Shown here: piece after piece, positions 1 to 12,204 of the stretch
Position numbering within the stretch: the stretch's first letter is position 1
How the letters are laid out: each line of letters begins with the position of its first letter
Assembly (NCBI RefSeq): GCF_036365525.1
Contig: NC_090376.1
Location: 83,520,686 to 83,584,685, forward strand
Source: Heterodontus francisci
Taxonomy: Eukaryota
Direction: 5' to 3'
DNA: 64,000 nucleotides
Notes under the pieces: model-generated
Told to the model about the DNA's origin: nothing
Databases searched by the model: none
Seen by the model: the letters and a program-made list of their open reading frames with translations, nothing else
Made by a program: the position numbers and the translations under genes

Positions 1-119
1 CAGAACCCTTGCCTATACAAACAAGCTGACTATTCTGCACATTCAGAAACAGCAACAAGCACCAATTGTACAATCATTTATATTTATTGATGCTGCCTTG
101 CATCCTCCAAAGGAGCAGC

Positions 120-815
120 CAAGCAAATTTTGCCACTAGGGATGATCTCACTGCCGAGTTTGAAAACAGGACCCGACCCCGCACCAGTGGGACCCTGGAG
201 CAGCATTTTACCAGTGGCAACCAATTAACAGGCCACCCCTGGGACCCCTGTCCAAGTGAGGATGGTGGTCTGCCTCCCAGAACTGGCAGCCCAATCAGAG
301 AGCATGCAGCTCTGCAGCACCACTGCTAGAGGTGGCCACTGCTGAGGCTGCAAGATGAAGGAGAGAGCGCCTCCATGGAGAGGCACACTCGAAGACAAGG
401 TAAATTTTTTTTTAAATGAGCTGGGGCCAGGCAGGCCCTTCACGGCACCTTCAAGCAGGGGCACTGTAGCCTCAGGCATAGCATTTGCTGCTGGGGGCCC
501 CCTCTGTGGACCATGGAACATCCTTAAAGGAGAACCTCCCCCACCAGGAACACTCTGGGAGGCTGTCAGGGTTTACCTGGCAGTCTCCACACACAGCTTT
601 GGCCCACCCCGATGCCCGTAAAATGCCAGTGGAGGTGGGAGGTAGCCCTTAATAGGGCAATTAATTACTGCAATTGGTGCTGCTGACGTTCCCGCCCCTG
701 GTAATACGCCCTGACGGCGAAAAAACATCAGGCTCCCCTCCCAAAGCCTCCATCGCCATTTTACCAGCCCTTCACCTCCGAGTCTCTCTCCATTGGGCTG
801 GCAAAATCCAGCCCA
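120..815. mobile_element. Degenerate Harbinger-type non-autonomous element
   Basis: End reads ggcaaaatccagccc (~800-814), like other MITE ends in the window, with a subterminal palindrome cattttaccagccc...gggctggcaaaat. Left end uncertain. Confidence 0.4.
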
Positions 816-1111
816 GTCTGTAAGATACAGTTATATGCATTATAACACAATCAAATTCAGCAGTACAGTAATATAAAGAGGGTGTATTTTTAAAGCTCCA
901 ATTATATTGTACAAAATTTACAAATATACTTTTCCCATGGTAAGCTGTACATTCTTCATTAATATTCTTCCACTGTATTTCAGAATCTCCCAAAACACGA
1001 CTCGCACTCACTGTGCAAGATAGCTTCCACAGGCAGACCCTGCTTGTTAGTATTTAAAACTCAATCAATGTTGTGCTTGAAGTGACTAGGTGTAACATAA
1101 TTCAGGTTCAA

Positions 1112-1157
1112 CTCTGCCTTTTGGCTAAGATCAAGTGTAGTATCTGTTCTTATCAGT
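1112..1157 (+). ncRNA. RNU2: U2 snRNA 5' fragment (approx. nt 8-53); not a complete gene
   Basis: ctctgccttttggctaagatcaagtgtagtatctgttcttatcagt versus vertebrate U2 CTCGGCCTTTTGGCTAAGATCAAGTGTAGTATCTGTTCTTATCAGT: one mismatch. Includes the GTAGTA branch-point pairing sequence. No Sm site or 3' part. Confidence 0.95.
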
Positions 1158-1220
1158 GCTTACTTGATTGAGAAGAGACCATGATCATTGCCTTTTGATC
1201 CTGGGGAAGCTTTGAGTAAA

Positions 1221-2759
1221 ATGGCTATAACCAATCTTCGAGCTTCAGGCCAGGGAGTGCGCAACACCGTTCGGGTGGTCGTGAAGGACAAGGAAGGAGA
1301 TGCACCGGTTAATCACACCCTCTTCATCAAGAAAATTCTCTTCGATTGCTGCGGATTTCAAGCGACGAACGTCTTCTGCCTGCAGGATTTCACCAGCAGT
1401 GGATACTTCGACGTGACGTTCCGGAACGTGGCGGGATGCATCAAGTTCCTGAAGGCGTTCAAGGAGAAAGGGGACCGGGTGCCACTGTCGATCCTCACAG
1501 CGGAGCCGGTCTTCACGCTTCCGTCACAACGGGACCGGGTGGTGACGATTCACCTCTACAACCCCCATGTTCCAGTGGTGGATGTACTCACCTTTCTCGC
1601 CAGGTACGTCGAGGTGGCCGGCAGCAGCACTGATGTCAAGGACCCCTTTGGGATTTGGACCAGCAAGCAGCAGGTCAAGGTGACCTTGAAGGTCGATCCC
1701 AGTGGAGCCATCATCCACCCTCCCTCCAGCTTCACTATCGGGGGAAGTCGAGGCTTCTTGGTCTACGCTGGGCAGCCCAGAGTTTGCCGCACCTGTGGCA
1801 AATCTGGTCACGTGGCGGCCAACTGCAGCACGGTTGCTTGCAAGAACTGCAAGGAGGAAGGCCATCAGACCAAGGACTGTAAGCAGACTAAGTGTTGCAA
1901 CTTGTGCGGTGCGGCAGGCCATCTCTACAAAACCTGCCCCAAACGCTGCCTCAGTTATGCTCGGGCGGCAAGGTCCAAGGAAAGGCCGGGAGAAAGGTCG
2001 ACGAAGGCGTCCGGTGTTCGAAAGGAGACCAGCAACCTTCTCCGCAGTGAGGAACTTCAACCTGAGAAGGAGAAGGAAGGGCAGGCAGCTGAAACCAGCG
2101 ACCCAGCACCTACCCTGCGCCCGGAAACCCCTCCTCCACAGACAGAATCAATGGAGGAGGAGGCAGCAGATGGACAAACAAGTCAGTGGCAAGTGGTCCA
2201 GAGGAAAACCACAAAGACAAAACATCCCAAAGTGGAACAGACCACCACCCAAACCAGTGGCAAGAGGAGGCTATCTTCTGAATCAGACTGCAACAACTCC
2301 TCTTCACTGGACGGGGGAATGCTGGAACGACAGCCCCTTCAAAAGAGGCGGCAGAACTCCAAGGAGATGGAAGATAAAGCATCCCAGCCCCCGGGCACTG
2401 GAAGCTGTGATGGGCCTGGCGTGCCCCAAACCCAAAGCGCCACACGTAACGACGTGGCCAACGCATCTCAGCTCCGGGACACCAAGAGCAAAGACGCGTC
2501 TGGCGCACCTCAGCTCCGGGAAGCCGGGAGCAGTGATGTTTTCGAGGAGAAACAGATGGAAGCAGCAGAGGATAACCCAATCTTTGCTGCCTACAAGACC
2601 CCCCCGATGTCACCCCAGCGGAAGAACCCCTGCATGAAAAACCAGGAGGGGTTTCTGAGGCCAACTATTGTGAAACAGCTTGCTCACACGATGGGTATGC
2701 AGGAACATCCCGAAGGACTGGGACTAGCAAGGACAAATGGTATGGGAAGCAACAACTAA
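1221..2759 (+). CDS. Tx1 ORF1: ZCCHC3-like nucleic-acid-binding protein with three CCHC knuckles (intact ORF)
   Basis: CRTCGKSGHVAANC, CKNCKEEGHQTKDC and CNLCGAAGHLYKTC motifs, an N-terminal RRM-like FDVTF region, and a low-complexity C-terminus. Confidence 0.88.
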   Translation: MAITNLRASGQGVRNTVRVVVKDKEGDAPVNHTLFIKKILFDCCGFQATNVFCLQDFTSSGYFDVTFRNVAGCIKFLKAFKEKGDRVPLSILTAEPVFTLPSQRDRVVTIHLYNPHVPVVDVLTFLARYVEVAGSSTDVKDPFGIWTSKQQVKVTLKVDPSGAIIHPPSSFTIGGSRGFLVYAGQPRVCRTCGKSGHVAANCSTVACKNCKEEGHQTKDCKQTKCCNLCGAAGHLYKTCPKRCLSYARAARSKERPGERSTKASGVRKETSNLLRSEELQPEKEKEGQAAETSDPAPTLRPETPPPQTESMEEEAADGQTSQWQVVQRKTTKTKHPKVEQTTTQTSGKRRLSSESDCNNSSSLDGGMLERQPLQKRRQNSKEMEDKASQPPGTGSCDGPGVPQTQSATRNDVANASQLRDTKSKDASGAPQLREAGSSDVFEEKQMEAAEDNPIFAAYKTPPMSPQRKNPCMKNQEGFLRPTIVKQLAHTMGMQEHPEGLGLARTNGMGSNN

Positions 2760-2769
2760 CTTTAAAAAA

Positions 2770-5700
2770 ATGGGTGTAAAGTTTGCTTCCATTAATGTGC
2801 GTAGCATTAAATCTACTACGCGATGTGTTTCAACCTTGGATTACCTCGCCAAGGTCAAAGATGACCTACTGTTTCAGCAGGAGTGTGGAATACCACACCG
2901 CAGCACCTACAGGTAGTGGTCGCGATGGTGGTCCCACGGGCCATCGATCTGGTCGGGGGGTCATGATTGCTGTTCCTCCGGCCTGGGTATTCTGCTGCGG
3001 AGAGGTAACTTCACCATCTCCGTAGTTGAGGAGGTGGTGGGCGGTCGCCTCCTCGTGGCAGACGTAATGTACAACAACGCTCCGCTCCGGTTGATCAACG
3101 TGTACGCCCCGGTACAACGCAGCGAGCGGCTGACCGTCTTCCAGCAGCTCCCACTGCTGCTGGCGACGTCCAGGCCGGTCATCCTAGGCGGTGACTTCAA
3201 CTGCATCATCGATGCGGCTGGACGATCCGGCAGTGACGACAGCAAACTGGACGCTACGTCCAGATTCCTAATAGAAACAGTTAAAGATGCCAAACTGCAC
3301 GACGTCTTCAGCAAACCTGCAGACGGAGCGCAGCGCAGATACACGTGGTCAAGATCGGACGGGTCTGCCCGTTCCAGGATTGACTTCCTGTTTGTGTCCC
3401 GTGCTGTCACGGTCGGATCCACCGACGTCAAGCCAGTGTTCTTCTCCGACCACTGCCTCTTACTGGCCGACTGTCACTTACAGGACGACCAGCGGGTTGG
3501 CAGAGGGACGTGGAAGCTCAATGCTACACTGCTGACCCCAGAGAACGTTAAGGAACTCAAAAGGAATTACAAAGGTTGGAGGACCGTGAAACCCCTCTTT
3601 GAGTCTCCAGTTCACTGGTGGGAAGCGATTAAGGAGAACATCAAGAGGTTCTTCATCAACAAAGGTGTTCAGAGGGCGAGAGAGAGACAGAGGGAAATGT
3701 CCCGACTCCAGAAAAGTATGCAAAATCTGCTCCGGTTGCAGTCAATGGGGGTCGAGGTCAAGGAGGACCTCCAAGAGGTGAAGAGCCAGCAGGCCTCGCT
3801 CTTTGCCACGGAGGCCTCCAAGATCATCTTCCGGTCCAGAGTCCGCTCCATCGAGCAGGATGAGACGTGCTCGGGTTACGTCTTCCAAAAGGTACACAGA
3901 GAGAGCTCTGTTATCAGCAGCCTGAAGGAAGAAGATGGCTCGGTAACGTCTTCGCAGTCCGACATGCTAAGGATCAGTAAATCCTTTTATGCTGGGCTGT
4001 TTGACGCGAAGCCCACAGACAGCAGAGCCTCCCAGTCCTTCCTGTCATCTATCACAGAGGTCTTAGAGGACAGCAGGAGGGAGAGACTGGACAAGCCGCT
4101 AACTCTGGACGAGCTGACAAAGGCCGTCGAGTCCTTCGAGACGAGTAAAACTCCCGGAAGCGACGGTTTACCAGTCGAGTTGTACTCGGCCCTGTGGGAC
4201 TGGGTCGGCCCAGACCTGCTGGAAGTATACGAGAGTATGCCCCTGGCTGGCAGCATGTCAGAATCCATGAGGAAAGGCATCATCACCCTCATTTAAAAGC
4301 GGAAGGGGGAGAGGGCAGAAATCAGAAATTGGCGGCCCATTGCACTGCTTAATGTTGACTACAAGATTCTGTCCAAAGTCATAGCCAGTTGAGTCAAATC
4401 TGCTCTGGAGTTGGTGATTCACCCCGATCAGACCTGCACTGTACCCGGCAGAAAGATCTCTGATAGTCTCGCGCTACTCAGGGATACGATCGCCTATGTA
4501 CGGGACAGGAGGGTGGACACCTGCCTCATCAGCCTGGACCAGGAGAAGGCTTTTGACAGGATATCGCACATGATGGGGGTTTGGGGAGGGAATCTGCAAT
4601 TGGATCAAACTGCTCTACACAAACATCAGTAGCGCAGTCTCAATCAACGGGTGGGAATCGGAAAGTTTCCCGATCAAATCTGGAGTCAGACAGGGCTGTC
4701 CTCTCTCCCCTGTCTAGTTTGTTTGCTGTATTGAACCCTTTGCTGAGTCTATTAGGAAGGATGCGAGCATAAGAGGGGTGACAATCTCAGGCAGCGGAGG
4801 CACTCAGGTTAAAACCTCCCTGTACATGGATGACGTCGCCGTCTTCTGCTTGGATCCGCTGTCCGTGCGCAGACTGATGAGCATCTGCGACCAGTTCGAA
4901 CTGGCCTCGGGAGCCAAAGTTAACCACGGCAGGAGCGAGGCCATGTTCTTTGGGAACTGGGCTGACCGATCCTTTGTCCCCTTCACCGTCAGGTCAGATT
5001 ACCTGAAGGTGCTGGGGATATGGTTCGGAAGGGCCGGGCCTTGCACCAAAACTTGGGAGGAGCGAGTAGCCAAGGTACAACAAAAGTTGAGCATGTGGGG
5101 GCAGCGATCTCTCTCCATTGTGGGTAAGAACCTGGTCATCCGGTGCGAGGCGCTCACGTTGTTGCTGTACGTGGCGCAGGTCTGGCCCATACCCCACTCC
5201 TGCGCTGTGGCGGTCACCCAAGCCATCTTCCACTTCATCTGGGGATCTAAAATGGACAGGGTCCGGAGGGACACGATGTTCAAATCTCTGGACAAGGGCG
5301 GGAAAAATGTACCCAACGTGGCCCTGATCCTGATGACCACCTTCGTGTGCGGCTGCATCAAGCTGTGTGTCGATCTCCAGTACACAAACTCCAAGTGTCA
5401 CTACGTGCTGAGGTTCTATCTGTCCCCGGTGTTGCGAAGGATGGGCCTGGTCACATTGCCGGGGAACGCTCCATGCAGTTGGACCGTGCCGTACCACCTA
5501 TCCTTCGTGGAGCAGTTTCTGCGGGAAAACACCTTTGACCAGCGGTCCATCAGGCAGTGGTCTGCACGGAATGTCCTCAAGGCCCTACAGGAAAAGGAGA
5601 CGGGGGATCCTGTCGGATGGTTCCCCGAGCAGACCACCAAAGTCATTTGGCGGAATGTCTCATCACCAGAACTTTCAAACAAGCACCAAGATGTAGCTTG

Positions 5701-6154
5701 GCTGGTGATGAGAAGGGCCCTCCCCGTCAGATCCTTCATGCACGCCCAAAGTCTCGCCCCCTATGCACAATGCCCCCGCGGTGGCTGTGGTGGGGAAGAG
5801 ACGGTCACCCACCTCCTCCTGGAATGCGTCTTTGCAACGCAGGTGTGGAAAGAGATGCAGTGTTTTTTGTCAAGGTTCATCCCAAGCAGCTCTGTAACAC
5901 AGGTGTCTGTGCTCTACGGGCTGTTCCCAGGGACGCACACCGAGACAAACATCAACTGCTGCTGGAGGACTATCAATTCGGTGAAAGACACCCTTTGGTC
6001 TGCCCAAAACTTGCTGGTCTTCCAGCGCAAAGAGTTGTCCACGACTGAATGTTGCAGACTGGCACATTCCAAGGTCCAGGACTACGTGCTGAGGGACGCA
6101 CTAAAGCTTGGGGCAGCCACAGCAAAGGGTCAATGGGGAAAGACCACAGTGTAA
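2770..6154 (+). pseudogene. Tx1 ORF2 (AP endonuclease, reverse transcriptase, CCHC), disrupted
   Basis: Motifs MGVKFASINVRS, GGDFN, SRIDF, FSDH, LDQEKAFD, YMDD and CPRGGCGGEETVTHLLLEC. In-frame stops near 2914, 4294, 4390 and 4715, and a frameshift/deletion near 4572. Confidence 0.9.
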
Positions 6155-6949
6155 GGTCCCCCCCACCAAGCTGAACTGAGGGGCTGGATTCATGGGAAAC
6201 CCCTCAAACTGTATCAGGAAAATTCTGTGTGCTGTAAATGTAAAAATGTATGTGGCATGACAATGAAATGGAAGGGTTGTGAGGCAACTCAAAATTGTAT
6301 GGAAGGAAACTGATCACCTTTGCACTGTTTGTATTTTTTGACTTGATGCTGTTTTCAACTGTTTGGGAATGTAATTTTTACAGATTTTTATGAATAAAGT
6401 ATATTTTGAAAATAAAAAAAAAATAATTCAGGTTCAACAACACACCCTATCTTGGGTAACCACTGGAAGAGTGCAGGTTTGTCCACTCCTGACCTCTCAG
6501 GTAGGCAGAAAACCACTACATTGATAGGCAAAATTGTTCAAGTTAAAGCTACTAACTGGGCACATTGTAAAAAACAGAAAGTTAAATCTGCTGATAAAAT
6601 AGCTGTCACTGATGTCTTAAACAGTTTTATCTGACTAAAATAACAAAGCAATGCAAAATTCTTGGGAGTATCTCACCTCATAAAAGCTCTTATAGCCTGC
6701 GTCTTAGAAAGAGATGCTGGAAATATTGTAACATGGAGCTAAACAGTTGGAAAATATGAACTAACTAAATGGTGAAAGCTCAATCCAGAGCAAAGACACA
6801 ATGGAGCACCCCGAATACAAGCTAAAAATAAACTTCACACCTTGTCTAAACTCTATGCTTTGTTGTGGTATGTTTGAATCCATCAAAAGAACAGCTGTCA
6901 GATCAAAGCACCTGGTCTGTGTTTTGCAGACCCATTGATCCATGGCATT

Positions 6950-8180
6950 TTACTGTACTGAAGGAGGCCATTATGCCTATGTTGGTACTTTATTAGAGCA
7001 CTCCAAATTTAATCCTATTGGACTGCTCTCTCTGCATATACTTAATCCCTCATTGCTTGAAAAGTTTATCTATTCTTCTCTTCAGAATGGGTATCTGTCT
7101 CAACTACACTCTGTGGCAAACATTCCATGTCTAACAACCCTCTGTTTCAATAATTTTCTTCTAACTTGTCAGTGACAATTTTAAATTGATCATCTCTCAT
7201 TGCTGACTCCCAACAAGAGGAATTATTCTTCCCCTTTTCATCCTCTCAAATTCATTCATAATTTAAAAACAAATCTTATTAAATGTCCCCTTCTCCTTCT
7301 ATGCTTCAGTAGAAATAGTTCTAGTATTTCAAGCCTCTCCTTAATACTACAGTTTTCCATCCTTGGTACCATCCTGATGAATTTATGCAGTGCACTCTCT
7401 AGGGCTTCTTGGAGCAATAGATTACGCAAAACTACACATAGTATATCAACTGTAACCAAAGCATTGCAGTGTACAAATTCATGGGCCAGAATTTTACGCC
7501 ACCCCAGCGAGCCAGATGGTGGTGGGGGGGGGAGGGGTGGTGGCGTAAAATTGAGCAGGAGGCTCCGGAGGCCTTCCCAGACCGCTCCTGCCAGCGGGCA
7601 TCCAGTAGACATGAAAGGTTGCCCAGTGATACTTGGCGGACTCTCAGCGCATCAAGGGGTGGGGGTGGGGACCCGCTTCCCCATCCAGCCCCAGGACCCG
7701 AGACCCCCCCCTTCCCTCCAAATGACCATCCCTGCCTCGCCGGGCCGAGGCTGATCTACCCAACGAGGCAAACCAAACTTACCTCGGTACTGGCTCCATG
7801 TCCTTGGTCGGGCTGCAGTCCCAGCAGTGGCCACCGCTCCCGGTAGTGCTGGCCCGATAATTGGCTAGCAGCTCAATGAGGTGGGACGTCCTCCCTCAAG
7901 CGGATGGAAGTCCCGCCTCTGAACAATTAAAGGTCAGGGACCCATAAAATGTGGGTCGGATCCTTGGACTGGGCAGATGTGGGTTCGCCACCGACTTTTA
8001 CATTGGTGGCCAGCTCCCATCCACCTGGCGTAAAATCCAGCCCATCATAACCTCTTTGTTCTTATACTGTATGCCCGTATTCATAAAATCCAAATTAAAA
8101 TAGCCATTTATAGCTTTACATACCAGCACTTTCAAGATACGTTTGTTGCTCTAGATCTCTCTATTCTTGCATCCTTTTCC
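6950..8180 (-). mobile_element. Degraded CR1 LINE 3' fragment, interrupted by a MITE
   Basis: Minus-strand remnants LESALHKFIRMVPRMENCSIKERLEILELFLLKHRRRRGHL are typical of the CR1 ORF2 C-terminus. Confidence 0.7.
7483..8043. mobile_element. Harbinger-like MITE
   Basis: TIRs gggccagaattttacgcc / ggcgtaaaatccagccc with an apparent 2-bp AT duplication, inserted in CR1. Confidence 0.75.
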
Positions 8181-8389
8181 GCAAATCATGTGGTAAACAG
8201 TAATAGAAACAGCTACCACCTTACTATTAGTATACTCAAAACCATTCCTATATCTAGATTTGTAATGAAGGTCATTGAAAACATCAAAAAAAGCAACGCC
8301 CTTGATTAAAGGTCTACATTCAGAGATGTTTCTGAGTTGTTGATTCTTCTTTGAGTTATCAATCTTATGGGGTCTCTACCTGCTTTTCG

Positions 8390-9385
8390 AAGCTGTTAGT
8401 CAGCTGCCCCATAGCTTGAGATGACCTTGGCAGCCAAGGTCCTCTGTCATCTTGGCTACTCGAGACGCTGGAATCACTGGCAGAGGGACTGAGGAGCTGC
8501 TGTCCACACCAGGAGCGCCATGAGAGGAGCCCTCAGTAGTGGAAGGCAGCTGCTCCTCCTACCTTGCAAGGCACACTTATACCTTCCTGCTGACCTGAGA
8601 AGAACAAGTACCATGTGAAAACTCCAGGTGCCTTGGCTCCATCTCGCCTTGTCATTGCTTAACAGAGCTCCTGGACAACGTGATAGCATGCAGGTCTGCA
8701 CGCATCTCCGGCATCCACTAACTGGTCTGCTGGCTCTGGCTCTCCATGAAGATTGCCAATCTGACAATAAAGGAAGCCAAGTGTACACCCATCAGAGACA
8801 TGACATCACTCATGGCCTGAATGGACCCTCCATCGTCGGCATATGGGTTCGCATACCCTTTGGAAGTTCTGCCAGATGCTCCCTTACCTCCCGCTGGAGT
8901 TGCAGCAGTTGTTGTGTTGTCGACTCCTCCAGAGGCTCATCGTCAGCCTGGGGCTCAGCGTGGGACTGGCCTCCCACAGTCCTCTGACAGTCAGTGGCCT
9001 CAGGTGTCTCAACGTCCATCAGCTATTAGGGTGCATCTGTGATGTGCTCACCAGGTTGTGAGCCTGAATCTAATCGCGAGCGCCTATCCATCGTATCTGT
9101 GCTGGTGGAGGGTGCTGGGGAATGACGTGATACTGCACCCCCTGAGGTATCCTCCTCCTCCTCAGAGGTGGCCGGCTGATCCCGGGCTTCTTGAGCTCTG
9201 CGTGCTTTGGCCTGACCCTGAGACAACAGATACATTGAAGGATTAAGAGGTTCCAATTTCCTCATCCTGACTATCCCTGCTGTGGAGCTCCATGTACCCA
9301 GTGGTGGGCAAATGAGCACTATGCCTGTTGTGTGCTAGATGCACCCTTGTGCCACTGCACTCATTCACTCAGCCCCTTCGGTTGG
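8390..9385 (-). mobile_element. Harbinger element, 3' part of the Myb/SANT-like gene
   Basis: RTVGGQSHAEPQADDEPLEE...LQREVREHLAELP is homologous to the copy at ~50850-51200 (+). Confidence 0.65.
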
Positions 9386-10573
9386 ACCCTCACATTCTGG
9401 CCGGCGTATAATGGCCGCAATTCTGCAGCCACATGCACATCATGCACGTCTTTCATCGTATCTTGTTTCTGACATAACCGGTCTGGAATCCAGGACGACT
9501 TGGTGAGATGATAGCTTGGTAGTGCGGTTCTCACCAGTCGACCAAACAGAATCTCAGCAGGTGATGGCAATCCAGAGTCTAATGACGTTGCATGAAGATG
9601 TCATCACACAACTTTGATATCTTGCCCCGTTTCTGAACACTTTTTGATCAGCAATTTGACTGTCCTCATCATATGTTCAGCCAACCCATTTGAGCAAGGA
9701 TATCGGGGTGATGATGTGACATGGTTGATGGACCATCATTCATACATACCCTGGAACAGTTTTCCTGTATATTGTGGACCGTTGTCAGATACCACTTCTA
9801 TCAGGGCAACAAAAAGACTAAAGATGGCACGAACAGTGTTGGCCACCGCTGTGCTCGACGCGTCTCGAAACTTCTGCACAATAGGAAATTTGGAGTGAGA
9901 ATCAGCCACTAGCAGATAGTCTTCTCTGCCCACAGAGCACAAATCAGTTGCTATTTTGGTCTGTGGTGAAGATGGTATGTCATGCGACTGAAGAGTCTCT
10001 TTCTGTTGACTATCCTGGTGTTCCCAACACACATCACACGATCTCTGGTCATGTCTTTGCTGATGCTGGGCCAGAATACTGATTCACAAGCAAGTCGTCT
10101 CATCCTCTCTATTCCCATGTGTCCTTGGTGGGGCTGTCCAAGTACGTCAGACTGAAGTGTTGCTGGAATGAGTACTTAGCATCTTTTGAATAGTACTCCA
10201 TTGGATAAACCGATTTCATCTTGATATGGTCAATATGTTCTCAAAGCCGTAGGGATCTCCTGAATGTTCTCAGGCCAACCCTCTACAACGATCTGCCACA
10301 GAGTTCGAAGTATGGGGTTTTGAGAAGTCTCCCTCTGGAATTCTTCTATGTTGTTTTCACTGAAGTGCATGAGGACTACATTGTAGACATCCTCCAAGCT
10401 TGCACAGACTTCTTCCCCCTGAAGTCGAGTGATCTGTCTCGCACCTTCCCAGGGCTGAGCAGTGTACTTAGAGTGTCTGATAGGACCATCAGACTACCGG
10501 GTTTGTAGCCCTGAATCTTGATAAGTAACGTCTGGAGTCGAGGCAGTGCACTTGTGAGTGGATTTTTCCAGAT

Positions 10574-10889
10574 CAAGGTGTCTCCTGACAGATGGAAATC
10601 TATCCAGAATACTCTGCATCAATACATCAAGTGGGCGGGCAGAGACTGTGCAAGCAAAAACTATGCCAGGTATGTCACTAAATCAGTTTTCAATATAATG
10701 ACGAGAAAGTAAATCAATAAATTAGTCTTCTCATTTAAAGCTTCTTCACAAAAATGCACATTTGTTGTTGTTTTGATAGTAGGAAATATTTTTATGCCTT
10801 TATCTTTCTGAAATTTGCTCACTGGCCCCCTATGGAGGGCAAAAGTTGTAATGTGCCCCCCCCCCATGTGAAAAGGTTGGACAACCCTG
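10574..10889 (+). mobile_element. hAT non-autonomous element, 3' part (duplicated copy 1)
   Basis: Ends aaggttggacaaccctg. Flanked by ttccagat / caccagat and splits the Gypsy KPLEMIW|KNPL sequence. Confidence 0.7.
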
Positions 10890-11420
10890 CACCAGATCAT
10901 CTCCAGAGGCTTATGATCTGTCTCGATCATGACCTCTTTTCTGAATAAGTATGTGTAGAATCTGGTGATCCTGAAGACAAGAGCAAGAGTTTCTCATTTG
11001 ATATTGCAGTAATTTGCTTGTGCTGGTGACAGACCTTTTGAACCAAATGTGACAGGTTTGCCGTCCTGAAGAAGACATGCACCGAGACCTTTCTGCGATG
11101 CATCCACTTCTAATGTTGCCTTCTGAGGGCCACAGTATTAAGCACATGACCCAACTGACAGTGCTTGTTTCAACGCATTGAATGCATGTTTGTGAATGTC
11201 ATGTCATAGGAATGGTGTGTCTTCTTTTAGCAATTCTCTTAGTGGAGATGGCCGCTCTGAGAAGCTCGGTATGTATTCAGTAAGGAAGTTGAATAGATCT
11301 AGACACCTTTGAAGGTTGTCCTTGTCTTGCGGCGTTGGCATTGACTGGATGTCTTTGATCTTCCCAGGATCAGGCGGCCACCTGAGATTGAGTAAATTGC
11401 ACCGGAAAAAGTTATGTGAT

Positions 11421-11737
11421 TCCAGCGACCCGGGTTCAATTCTGGGTACTGCCTGTGCCGAGTTTGCAAGTACTCCCTATGTCTGCGTGGGTTTTCGCCA
11501 TGTGCTCCGGTTTCCTCCCACAGCCAAAAGACTTGCAGGTTGATAGGTAAATTGGCCATTCTAAATTGCTCCTAGTATAGGTAGGTGGTAGGGGAATATA
11601 GGGACAGGTGGGGATGTGGTAGGAATATGGGATTAGTGTAGGATTAGTATAAATGGGTGGCTGATGGTCGGCACAGACTCGGTGGGCTGAAGGGCCTGTT
11701 TCAGTGCTGTATCTCTAAAATAAAAAAAAAATAAAAA
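11421..11737 (+). mobile_element. HE1-like (V-SINE) SINE, 5'-truncated
   Basis: B box gggttcaattc, V-domain-like ccggtttcctcccac, and CR1-type tail gggcctgtttcagtgctgtatctct. Confidence 0.85.
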
Positions 11738-12204
11738 ATCTGCCTTAATGGAGCATTTTTTGCTGTTGAAAATCAAATCTTCGCATCTGGCGATCTCCAT
11801 TAATAAGTGTAGGTTTCTATAATGCTCTTCTTCGATGCATTCTACTACGGACCGCGGGCCAGAATCCGGCTCGCTGAAGGTTTCCATCCGGCCCGCCAAT
11901 CTGCCCCTGGCTTGGCTCTGATTGACGGCTGCCCTGTACGTCAGGCAAAGGGGGTAGGCAGGACCTGTGTCAGACAGGTGGGGAGGGGGACCCCTGTCTA
12001 TGATTGGTCACTCCCTGCGACTGACAGGGACTGCCTGGGTGGCATAAGCGCTGATTGGTGGAATGCGGCGCAGGCACCCTGAGATCGGCCGCCCCTGCTA
12101 CTTTCGCACGGTTCAGTGAATGGTCAGTATCCTGCAGAATGGGCAGGCTCCCATCTCCACTCACCCCAACTTAAATAAAACAAGCTTGGTAAGTATCCGG
12201 CTGT

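Larger units (their letters stand above)
1113..6422 (+). mobile_element. Full-length Tx1-clade (Keno-like) non-LTR retrotransposon with a U2-derived 5' end
   Basis: 16-bp TSD ataattcaggttcaac at 1097-1112 and 6423-6438, ORF1 plus ORF2 (APE-RT-CCHC), AATAAA and an A-rich tail. Confidence 0.93.

Noticed and set aside
772-1011. ORF containing RVLGDS as a possible NOX4 exon
   Set aside because: No further similarity and no fitting splice sites.
1112-1157. Functional U2 snRNA gene or canonical Keno insertion into U2
   Set aside because: Only ~46 nt, no 3' U2 half after the element, and the fragment lies within the TSD.
1221-2759. Host ZCCHC3 gene
   Set aside because: It is ORF1 of a TSD-flanked LINE, directly followed by an APE-RT ORF2.
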